This document shows, in pieces, positions 37,484-45,198 of a stretch of 45,198 nt of DNA. The DNA comes from Flavobacteriales bacterium (GTDB lineage: Bacteria > Bacteroidota > Bacteroidia > Flavobacteriales_D > Crocinitomicaceae). The stretch covers positions 1 through 45,198 of the forward strand of contig JAKSBJ010000129.1 of NCBI GenBank assembly GCA_022361195.1. The letters are read 5' to 3'. The notes under the pieces were generated by a model, which saw only the letters and a list, made by a program, of their open reading frames with translations, did not search any database and was not told where the DNA came from. The first letter of the stretch is position 1, and every line of letters starts with the position of its first letter. A program made the position numbers and the translations under genes.

Positions 37484-37993
37484 ATGAAGAACATCATCAC
37501 AACAGACCGTCTCGACTTAAGAGAATTTTCGCTGGAAGAAGCTCCTTTAATGGTTGATCTAAATGCCGATCCTGAAGTCATGAAATACACAGGTGACGTT
37601 GCCTTTTCATCCGTTGAAGATGCTGAAAATTTAATTCGAAATTACGACCAATACAAACGATTTGGCTTTGGAAGATGGAGCGTGTACTTAAAAGAAAGTG
37701 GCGAATTTATTGGCTGGTGTGGTTTAAAACAGCATGAGGATGGAATGATTGATTTAGGGTATCGTTTTTTTCAGAACCAATGGGGAAAAGGATATGCAAC
37801 CGAATCGTCAATAGCTTGCATTGATTACGGTTTTAACCAATTAAAAATGGAAGAGATTGTTGGCCGTACAGCGAAAGCTAACATCCCTTCCATTCGAGTT
37901 CTTGAAAAAGCAGGCATGGTTTTCTGGAAAGAAGCACCTTGTGAGGGCATTGAAAACTCAGTCTACTATAAAATTGTTAATCCAAATTCTTAG
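37484..37993 (+). CDS. GNAT-family N-acetyltransferase (RimL-like), 169 aa.
   Basis: Matching regions are DRLDLREFSLEEAP, IGWCGL and QWGKGYATES. Confidence 0.7.
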   Translation: MKNIITTDRLDLREFSLEEAPLMVDLNADPEVMKYTGDVAFSSVEDAENLIRNYDQYKRFGFGRWSVYLKESGEFIGWCGLKQHEDGMIDLGYRFFQNQWGKGYATESSIACIDYGFNQLKMEEIVGRTAKANIPSIRVLEKAGMVFWKEAPCEGIENSVYYKIVNPNS

Positions 37994-39024
37994 AATTTAA
38001 AGAACCACGAGCATTGTGGAACTGGAAAACTAATTACCTGATTTCGTCTTGCAAAAGTGGCTCCTGCTAAAGCTACTTGAAATGCATTTTTATCTGATTT
38101 TTGAAAACGCATTCCCGGCATTACAAAAAACATAGCCGTAAATTCCTTTGAAGTTGAAACTTGAATTTGATCTGGCTCTAAGTCTGGATTATTCCATGAA
38201 TGAGTAACTGTCTTGTATTTTTGATTCGATAAAGAGAACATTGAATCAAAAATAAAGCTCACATTTTTTCCTAATTTTTTTGTTGCAGCTACTTGAAAAA
38301 TAGGTGAATGCTTTAACTGGGCATCATTAGAATAAATTTCATCCCAGGAATCATAAATTCCATCTTCAGCAACAATTGGTCTTCCAAATACAGAATTGTT
38401 CCCTGCATCAAAATATCCATATCCAGCAGATAAACTTACATTATTGGCATGAGATCCATAAGTGAAAGTTCCCCAATGTAAACCTCCGTATCCACTAAAC
38501 TGATTAAAGTAACCACTAGTTCCGATTAAAGTTCCCAAGGCAAGGTTTACCTTATCATTTTTAGTTTTAAAACTCTTTTTTAAAGCCAAAACAAAAGGAC
38601 TCGCCCACCAGGTAGTCATAATTCCGGCTGAAAAGCCTTTTCCTAAGGACATATGAACTTCAGGTCCATATAAATGAATCATGGCATAATTATCTCCTTT
38701 TTCCAGAGGGAGCGCATTTGTGGTAAAATAATAACGTGTAGCAAATGGACCTTTTGGTTCATATCCTCCATCTTTATTATAGTCCTCATCTCCAACATTT
38801 TTTATGGATTTAATGGATGCTTTTGGAATATATATTTTTCCCAACTCTTCTGTCTCCATTAAAATTTCTCTTCCATCATCACTCAAAATAACGCCCATGT
38901 ATTTGGTTCCATCAGATTTGGTGACAACTTTTATCTCTTTCTTAGTTGTGTCAGATGGTTCGGCCTGGCCAAAGGCTAAACTTCCCGCAAAAATCAGTAA
39001 CACGCTCAATAATAACGTTTTCAT
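37990..39024 (-). CDS. Putative secreted or outer-membrane protein, 344 aa.
   Basis: A signal peptide (LLLSVLLIFAGSLAFGQ) is present, and the C-terminus is an aromatic WFFKF. Confidence 0.4.
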   Translation of the reverse strand: MKTLLLSVLLIFAGSLAFGQAEPSDTTKKEIKVVTKSDGTKYMGVILSDDGREILMETEELGKIYIPKASIKSIKNVGDEDYNKDGGYEPKGPFATRYYFTTNALPLEKGDNYAMIHLYGPEVHMSLGKGFSAGIMTTWWASPFVLALKKSFKTKNDKVNLALGTLIGTSGYFNQFSGYGGLHWGTFTYGSHANNVSLSAGYGYFDAGNNSVFGRPIVAEDGIYDSWDEIYSNDAQLKHSPIFQVAATKKLGKNVSFIFDSMFSLSNQKYKTVTHSWNNPDLEPDQIQVSTSKEFTAMFFVMPGMRFQKSDKNAFQVALAGATFARRNQVISFPVPQCSWFFKF

Positions 39025-39216
39025 AGCTTTCTTTTTTGTTATTCACCCTTCTTACTTATTTTAAAGATACAATTACTTGGGTGATGTTTACGGTGTAAAA
39101 TTAGATAGGAAGTACAGAAATTTTAAATTGATTTTCGCATTGTACTTTTAAAATTTGCGGAAAACGCAAATAAGTACTTTTCAGGAATTGCTGATATATT
39201 TGTCAAAAGTTGATTT

Positions 39217-40116
39217 ATGTATGATGTTGTTCTACTAACCGAAAAAAAATATATCAATCCTACCGATGTTGATTGGTATGTTGAGCAGGTTTTACAAGAA
39301 GATGGATTAGTAAAAGAAGCGCTTGAAGCGGAGGGATTAAAGTGCACCATTAAAGCCTGGTGTGATTCTGATTTTGATTGGGCTTCGACTAAAACGGTTT
39401 TGTTTAGAACAATTTGGGATTATTTTCATCGGTTTGATGAATTTTCAAAATGGCTAGAGGAAACCAAACATAAAACCAAAATGATTAATCCTTACGCTCA
39501 AATTAAATGGAATGTGGACAAGCATTATTTAGGAGATTTGGAGCAAAAGGGAATTAACATCGTAAAATCACACTTTATTGAAAAAGGAGATTCCAAAAAT
39601 TTAGCTGATTGGCATCAAGAGTTAGGATGGTCAGAAACTGTTTTAAAACCTTGCGTTTCGGGTGGTGGTCGTCATACTTACCGTCTCAACCCTGATAATT
39701 ATGCTGAACATGAAGCTGTTTTTAAGGAACTGATTCAGGACGAAGCTATGATGCTTCAGCCTTTTATGAAAAATGTACCTACTAAAGGAGAAGTTTCACA
39801 TATTGTTATTGGAGGCCAATATTCACACTCCATCTTAAAAATTGCAAAAAAGGGAGATTACCGTGTTCAGGATGATTTTGGAGGAAGTGTTCATGATTAT
39901 ACTGCCAATGAACAGGAAATAAAGTATGCTGAAAGTGTCGCTAAAGCTTGCGAACCCCTTCCCTATTATGCCCGAGTAGATGTTATTTGGGATGATAATG
40001 ATGAATTGGCCTTAGGAGAGGTAGAGTTAATTGAGCCTGAACTTTGGTTTAGAAATTTCCCGGAAGCAGCAAAAATGCTGGCCCGGGAAATTACATCAAG
40101 AGAATTTAGCGTTTAA
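39217..40116 (+). CDS. ATP-grasp domain protein (RimK / glutathione-synthetase-like fold), 299 aa.
   Basis: The C-terminal pattern LKPCVSGGGRHTY ... ARVDVIWDDNDELALGEVELIEPELWF resembles an ATP-grasp C-domain. A TATATTTG -7 box (Bacteroidota TAnnTTTG type) lies 16-23 nt upstream. Confidence 0.45.
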   Translation: MYDVVLLTEKKYINPTDVDWYVEQVLQEDGLVKEALEAEGLKCTIKAWCDSDFDWASTKTVLFRTIWDYFHRFDEFSKWLEETKHKTKMINPYAQIKWNVDKHYLGDLEQKGINIVKSHFIEKGDSKNLADWHQELGWSETVLKPCVSGGGRHTYRLNPDNYAEHEAVFKELIQDEAMMLQPFMKNVPTKGEVSHIVIGGQYSHSILKIAKKGDYRVQDDFGGSVHDYTANEQEIKYAESVAKACEPLPYYARVDVIWDDNDELALGEVELIEPELWFRNFPEAAKMLAREITSREFSV

Positions 40117-40760
40117 TCAACGTCATACGCTGACAGTGTATATTCACGAATTCCTCCATCCGACATTGGATAGGAAATCTTAATAAAACCAATACCTGGT
40201 TTTAAAATCGTTGTTTTAACTGCTTCGACTTCATAATAATTACAATCAGTGAAATCTCCAGCTGGCGTTGAAACTGTTTCACCCATTACATAAGCCGTTA
40301 AACTTGTCATAATATCTCCTCCTACAAGAGCATGAGAGTACAGGGTATCACTTCCCAACGGAAAGTAATCTCTATTTTTAAATTTACAACTTGTAAGGTC
40401 CGTTTGTAAACCGTAGAGACTATCACCATCAATATGAATATCACTTAATAGGTCACTGAATCGCCACCAAATGTCACCATCAATAGTTCTGGTACCAATT
40501 GGTTCAACAGTCACAAAGGAGGTACTAATAACTTCTCCAGAACCACTTCTTAGTGTATCGGCATAAGTCCAACTATAATTTTCTGATAATGGGATTAATC
40601 CCTCTTCGGTCAAAGTTGATGAAGTAAGTTCTGATACATCAACACCATAATTGCAAGTGAAATCAGGTTCTGGTTCGGGTACTGGTTCTTCGTCTTTTTT
40701 ACAAGCTACGAATGCCAACGCCATTAAGACCAAAGACACTCCTATTCTTTTGTGTGTCAT
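40113..40760 (-). CDS. Hypothetical lipoprotein, 215 aa.
   Basis: A signal peptide carries a lipobox-like ALAFVAC. Confidence 0.45.
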   Translation of the reverse strand: MTHKRIGVSLVLMALAFVACKKDEEPVPEPEPDFTCNYGVDVSELTSSTLTEEGLIPLSENYSWTYADTLRSGSGEVISTSFVTVEPIGTRTIDGDIWWRFSDLLSDIHIDGDSLYGLQTDLTSCKFKNRDYFPLGSDTLYSHALVGGDIMTSLTAYVMGETVSTPAGDFTDCNYYEVEAVKTTILKPGIGFIKISYPMSDGGIREYTLSAYDVD

Positions 40761-40897
40761 TTAAATTTGTATTAATGATGGTCAGCATTTTTCTAAACGG
40801 ACTAAAAGGTATAAAGGTGAGTTCAATCTCTCATTTTTTTCAAACAAAATCCGTAAAACACTGAATTACAAATAAAAAAAGGAATCGATTCCAATGA

Positions 40898-40936
40898 GTA
40901 AAAAAACAAAAAAGAGGACTTTTATGGCCCTCTTCT
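40898..40936 (-). terminator. Rho-independent terminator after the flotillin gene.
   Basis: On the minus strand the stem GAAGAGG...CCTCTTC is followed by TTTTGTTTTTTT. Confidence 0.5.
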
Positions 40937-40976
40937 TTGTTTATGTGGTTTATGTAAAGCCTATTGGCTTTTTTGC

Positions 40977-42488
40977 TTATTCTTCGTCATTATCAGAAGA
41001 ATCAACTTCTTCAGCATTTACATCTTCTACTTTCTTCTTTTTCAAATAATCCGGCAACTCCATTCCAGCCATGTTAAACATTTCCTCTAATGGTGGAACC
41101 GATCCATAAAGTCCACTTAAGAAACCAGCCGTAGATGTTTTTCCATCTTTCCCTGATTTTCCGGAATCCCAAACAGTAACTTTATCAATTTTAATATTCT
41201 TAATTGCTTCAGCCTGGAATTTAACCATATCTTCCAATTTATCAGCAATAAGTAGTAATGCAGCATCTTTTGAACTACCTCCAGCGGCTTTTACGATTTG
41301 ATCAAAACCTTGTGCCTGTTTGGTTAGGATTTCATACAACCCTTTCGCCTCTGCCTCTTTTCTTAAGAAAATCGCATCAGCCTCCCCTTTTGCAACACGA
41401 CGAATGTTCTCCGCTTCTGCTTCCGCATCAATTTCAACCTTTGACTTTTGAATTTGAGCTGGGATAATGATGTTGGCGTATTCTGTAGCCTGATCTCTTT
41501 CGGCACGAGCCTGCTCAGCAACCTGCTCAGCGTGATATGATTCCTCGAGTGCTTTTGCCGCCTGAACTTTCTCTGAAGCAATCGCGGTTTTCTCAGCCTC
41601 TGCTTGCTTGGTTCTTCTCAATGAATCTGACTCTGCAATGGCAATTTGAGAGGTATTCTCCCCTTCAATCGCTGTTGCATTGGCTGCTGCAATTTTAATA
41701 CGCTCTGTTTTAGCTGCCTCGGCTTCACCAATTTTAGCTTTAGCCACAGCATCTGCAACTTGAATTCTCTCATCTTGTACTGCATTCGCCTCACCAATAG
41801 ATCCATCTCTATTCTTTTCAGCAACTGAAGTACGCGCTTCGTTAATTGCATGTGCGGCAGCTTCTTTACCAAGAGCCTCAATATATCCTGACTCATCTTT
41901 AATATCCGTTACGTTAACGTTGATGAGTTTAAGACCAATTTTCTTTAGCTCAGCCTCTACGTTGTGAGATACATTTGACAAGAATTTATCACGGTTGTTG
42001 TTGATCTCTTCAATGTCCATCGTTGCAATCACCAAACGTAACTGACCAAAAAGGATATCTGTTGCTACTGCTTTGATTTGATCTTTGCTCAATCCTAACA
42101 AACGCTCAGCTGCATTATTCATGATAGTTGGCTCTGTTGAGATACCCACCGTAAATCGCGAAGGAACATCCACCCGGATATTTTGTTTCGAAAGGGCATT
42201 TGTTAACTCCACTTCAATTGAGATTGGTGTCAAGTCCAAAAATGCGTAATCCTGAATAATGGGCCATATAAACGAAGCTCCACCATGTACACATTTTGCT
42301 GTACGACCACCTTCTCCTCCTCCGGAGACCTTACCGTAAACAACTAAGATTCTATCAGAAGGACAACGTTTGTACCTTCTGAACATCGCATAAACGAATA
42401 TCACGAAGAAGAGTACGCCTGCTGCGATTCCAATAAGGGCAAAAGGAACTCCTCCTATGCCACCTTCCTGTAATAAAACTAAATTCAT
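40977..42488 (-). CDS. Flotillin-like SPFH/Band-7 protein (YqiK-like), 503 aa.
   Basis: An N-terminal TM segment is followed by an SPFH domain (VHGGASFIWPIIQDYAFLDLTPISIEV...), an Ala/Glu-rich coiled coil and an acidic C-terminus. Confidence 0.8.
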   Translation of the reverse strand: MNLVLLQEGGIGGVPFALIGIAAGVLFFVIFVYAMFRRYKRCPSDRILVVYGKVSGGGEGGRTAKCVHGGASFIWPIIQDYAFLDLTPISIEVELTNALSKQNIRVDVPSRFTVGISTEPTIMNNAAERLLGLSKDQIKAVATDILFGQLRLVIATMDIEEINNNRDKFLSNVSHNVEAELKKIGLKLINVNVTDIKDESGYIEALGKEAAAHAINEARTSVAEKNRDGSIGEANAVQDERIQVADAVAKAKIGEAEAAKTERIKIAAANATAIEGENTSQIAIAESDSLRRTKQAEAEKTAIASEKVQAAKALEESYHAEQVAEQARAERDQATEYANIIIPAQIQKSKVEIDAEAEAENIRRVAKGEADAIFLRKEAEAKGLYEILTKQAQGFDQIVKAAGGSSKDAALLLIADKLEDMVKFQAEAIKNIKIDKVTVWDSGKSGKDGKTSTAGFLSGLYGSVPPLEEMFNMAGMELPDYLKKKKVEDVNAEEVDSSDNDEE

Positions 42489-42495
42489 TCTTTTT

Positions 42496-43074
42496 CTACT
42501 TTTTCAATTTTTCAACCAATAATAACTCTCCACTCACTACTTGAGTGACTTTAATAACATTTCCCTGAACGAGGTCTTCGTCCTCATCTGTAATCGCCTC
42601 TAACTCTCTCAAGGTTCCTTGTACTTTAACCTGAATTTTCCCCATTGAACTGCGGTTTTTACCAATGGTTAAATAGACTTCACCAACCTGCCCCAGGGCG
42701 TTATTGATTTTAAGCGTTCCGCTTTCAGCTTGCTTGCTCATAAATCGGAACATCCAAGCCAATAAAAACATCATTGCTAAACCACAGATCATAGAGATGA
42801 CTATGGTCATAGTGTTGGTATTACCACTTTTGATGCTAGCCAAACCTGACCAGGCAAAAACAGTAAAGAACCCAACAAGGTTTTTGAATGTTAAGAATTG
42901 AAAACCGATTCCGGTATCCGTATCAACATCCACATCAACAGCATCCAGATCTGTCTCGGCACCGCCACCGATAACTGTACCAATAAGCACAACCAGAAAA
43001 AGGATACTTGAGATTAGGGCAATGATCCAGTAAACATGTTCTAACTGGCCCATAGCACCCCACCATTCATTCAT
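42496..43074 (-). CDS. NfeD-like membrane protein (YqiJ-like), the usual partner of flotillin. 192 aa.
   Basis: Two TM regions are followed by a C-terminal OB-fold-like soluble domain. It lies immediately upstream of the flotillin gene. Confidence 0.65.
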   Translation of the reverse strand: MNEWWGAMGQLEHVYWIIALISSILFLVVLIGTVIGGGAETDLDAVDVDVDTDTGIGFQFLTFKNLVGFFTVFAWSGLASIKSGNTNTMTIVISMICGLAMMFLLAWMFRFMSKQAESGTLKINNALGQVGEVYLTIGKNRSSMGKIQVKVQGTLRELEAITDEDEDLVQGNVIKVTQVVSGELLLVEKLKK

Positions 43075-43300
43075 AGTTTTTAGTTTAAAATTAGACTTTA
43101 ACTTTTGTCAGGATAAATATAACATTTTGCCTGAATCAAAAGACAACTATTTTAGTTATTTACTAATAATATTAGTTAAACAGTTTGGATTTTGCAAGTT
43201 TTGGGGGATATTTTTTTTTGAACAATAAAGAAACACTCACATTTTACCAGAAATATTAACATTTATTCCGTTCAAAATAGTTGAATGACCGAGGTATTTT

Positions 43301-44932
43301 TTAATTCACAACTAACTTTAGAGTTTCAACTTGCGATCCACTTTGAACCTTCACAAAATATTGCCCACGATTAACTCCCGAAAAGTCATACTTCTTCCCT
43401 ATTTCGCTTTTGAACTCCTTAATTAACTTTCCGTCAATAGACAAAATTTGAACATTGCTTCCTTCCGGAACATCTAAATAAAACTCTCCCCTTGATGGAT
43501 TAGGGTAAAGATTCATCGTGACAGACTCGTGCACTTCTAAACCTGAAGTATTTAAATTCAATTTAACCAAGTAAATATCATAAAGATCAGCCGCATTTAC
43601 CACAGCTTCACTGATCCCAGGGTCCATATCAATATTCCACCAATAGCCTCCAGTAATATAAATGTTATTTTCATCATCAACATCCAAGCTAGCTCCTGTA
43701 TTAAACCCTCCACTATTGCTTTCAAAATTTACAGCCCACTTTAACAATCCATCACTAGTAATTTTGAAAACGAAGGAGGTAGAACTGAGCTCATCATCAA
43801 CATACAAAAGATATTCTTCTTCGGTTGGATCAAAATCTGCAATACCTGTGAAGTTCCCAGTCACAAGAATATTCTCATTTTCATCTAAAATCAGGTCTTT
43901 GGGAAGATCAAAACTTACTCCTCCAAATTGGTGAACCCAAACCAAGTTTCCGTCAACATCTAGTTTTTGGACAAAAATGTCATCTTCTCCAAAAGGTGTC
44001 ATTAACTCTTCATCCTCGGATGGATCAAAATCAATTTCTCCATTAAAATGTCCGGTGATATAGCTGTTACCTTCCGTATCTACAGCAATCCCTTCAGTTT
44101 GAGTGGAAGACGCTCCAGCCATTACACTTGCCCACTCAAAATCTCCTGAAGAATTGAGTCTGAGAACGTAAACATCAGTTAATGAGGCTGCTGTATAAGA
44201 TGCTGTTTCTGATCCTGGATTTAAATCTACCGTTCCATTAAAATACCCCGTTAAGTAAATATCTCCATCATCCGATAAATCAATACCACTTGGAGATACA
44301 TCTTGATCTCCAATTATTTGTTGAACCCAATCGAAACTTCCATCCTCTGTCAACTTTAGAATAAAACCATCCGAAAAAACATCAGCAATTAAGACTTCTT
44401 CTTCGGCAACATCCGCATTGAAATCAACAGTATCCAAAAAGTTTCCCGTTATATAAACATTATCATCGGAATCCAAAACCATTGCTTTTCCTGCAGGACT
44501 TCCCATTCCTTCCGTTTCATAAGACCAAAGTAAGGTCCCATCCGAATCATATTTATTGACTCCTAGTTTGTCATCATCTATTAACAACAATACATTTCCC
44601 GATTGATCGACAGCTAAATCTACCCCATCATCAAAATCTGCTCCTCCAAGTTGATTTGCCCAAATATAATTTCCTTCGGTGTCAAACTTTACCAGAAATA
44701 TATCTGATGCCCCGGCTGAACCGAACTCAATCAAATCAGGACCAGGATTCATGTCTATTTCATTAAAGAAAAAACCAGTAACGTATATACAATCATTTGA
44801 AGGATCTGATACAATAGCATTGGGTAATTCTGTGCTAACTCCACCCAATGAGATTCCCCAATCAAAATCTTGATTATAGGCAGATATAGAGGCTAAAACA
44901 AAGCCTGAAGCAAGTATGGTATTTTTAATCAT
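43301..44932 (-). CDS. T9SS-secreted SBBP beta-propeller repeat protein with a C-terminal Por secretion-system sorting domain. 543 aa.
   Basis: A signal peptide is followed by repeated G-x-F-x-G-x-x-D-F/L units. The C-terminus reads MNLYPNPSRGEFYLDV...YFVKVQSG...TLKLVVN, a type-A T9SS CTD. Confidence 0.7.
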   Translation of the reverse strand: MIKNTILASGFVLASISAYNQDFDWGISLGGVSTELPNAIVSDPSNDCIYVTGFFFNEIDMNPGPDLIEFGSAGASDIFLVKFDTEGNYIWANQLGGADFDDGVDLAVDQSGNVLLLIDDDKLGVNKYDSDGTLLWSYETEGMGSPAGKAMVLDSDDNVYITGNFLDTVDFNADVAEEEVLIADVFSDGFILKLTEDGSFDWVQQIIGDQDVSPSGIDLSDDGDIYLTGYFNGTVDLNPGSETASYTAASLTDVYVLRLNSSGDFEWASVMAGASSTQTEGIAVDTEGNSYITGHFNGEIDFDPSEDEELMTPFGEDDIFVQKLDVDGNLVWVHQFGGVSFDLPKDLILDENENILVTGNFTGIADFDPTEEEYLLYVDDELSSTSFVFKITSDGLLKWAVNFESNSGGFNTGASLDVDDENNIYITGGYWWNIDMDPGISEAVVNAADLYDIYLVKLNLNTSGLEVHESVTMNLYPNPSRGEFYLDVPEGSNVQILSIDGKLIKEFKSEIGKKYDFSGVNRGQYFVKVQSGSQVETLKLVVN

Positions 44933-45038
44933 AAGTTTTAAGGTTTCCTTAAAATTAAGGTGTATGATTAAAACACAACTTGAGTTTTAGCAAAAATCGT
45001 ATAATTATTTACTAGTCAATTCTGAAAAAAATGAGTGT

Positions 45039-45198
45039 TTAGTTCAGCTCTTTCTCCAAAAAGCGTGAGGTTTCAGTCTTGAATTTCTTTACGAATTGCT
45101 CTGGCGTTCCTGTCCATACAATTTCACCACCTCCAGCTCCACCGTCAGGCCCCATATCAATAATATAATCAGCTACTTTGATGATGTCTAAATTATGC
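45039..45198 (-). CDS. uvrA: Excinuclease ABC subunit A, C-terminal 52 codons. The gene starts beyond the window end.
   Basis: Hand translation gives [52 protein letters not shown] followed by a stop. This closely matches the conserved UvrA C-terminus. Confidence 0.8.
   Translation of the reverse strand, partial: HNLDIIKVADYIIDMGPDGGAGGGEIVWTGTPEQFVKKFKTETSRFLEKELN

Noticed and set aside
41258-41896. Four short ORFs (60-92 aa), basic or repetitive, inside the flotillin gene
   Set aside because: They are artefacts of the Ala/Glu/Lys-rich coiled-coil coding region of flotillin, which yields open frames in several phases.
1-45198. CRISPR arrays, tRNA/rRNA genes, IS elements
   Set aside because: I saw no regularly spaced direct repeats, no cloverleaf-compatible segments in intergenic regions, and no transposase or integrase-like ORFs.

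Overview
This is a 45.2 kb AT-rich window that looks like Bacteroidota chromosome. Three things support that reading: a C-terminal sorting domain of the type used by the type IX secretion system (T9SS), a TAnnTTTG-type -7 promoter box, and TPR/LytS-type and LytTR two-component proteins. I saw no rRNA, tRNA, CRISPR array, transposase or integrase.

Positions 1-25364 are one tightly coupled minus-strand operon that encodes a complete phage-tail-like extracellular contractile injection system (eCIS) of the Afp/PVC type. Read in operon order (high to low coordinates) it encodes:
- a DUF4255-like cap candidate and an unknown 272-aa protein;
- a single sheath and two gp19-like tube proteins;
- a 56-aa ORF missed by the ORF track, and a LysM tube-initiator;
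- a VgrG-like spike, a PAAR protein and a gp25-like wedge;
- two large baseplate proteins (gp6/gp7-like, 1262 and 894 aa);
- a 1382-aa helical protein that I read as a tape measure;
- three uncharacterised proteins (854, 275 and 306 aa), two of them coiled-coil rich;
- the hallmark eCIS AAA+ ATPase;
- a 189-aa unknown, a signal-peptide GH25 lysozyme, and a further ORF running off the window start.

There is no capsid, terminase or portal, so this is not a prophage. There is a tape measure, a LysM initiator and a single-AAA ATPase rather than ClpV, so this is not a T6SS.

Directly upstream sit an atypical LuxR-family regulator with a degenerate receiver domain and a promoter region carrying two pairs of 11-bp-spaced TGTCTATG direct repeats. 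Next comes a cluster of secreted or lipoproteins that includes a MORN-variant repeat protein, then a TPR sensor kinase with two LytTR response regulators.

The rest is housekeeping or envelope genes:
- mnmE interrupted by an in-frame TGA, and sucD;
- two GNAT acetyltransferases and an ATP-grasp protein;
- outer-membrane and lipoprotein ORFs;
- a flotillin/NfeD pair;
- a T9SS-secreted SBBP-repeat protein;
- the 3' end of uvrA.
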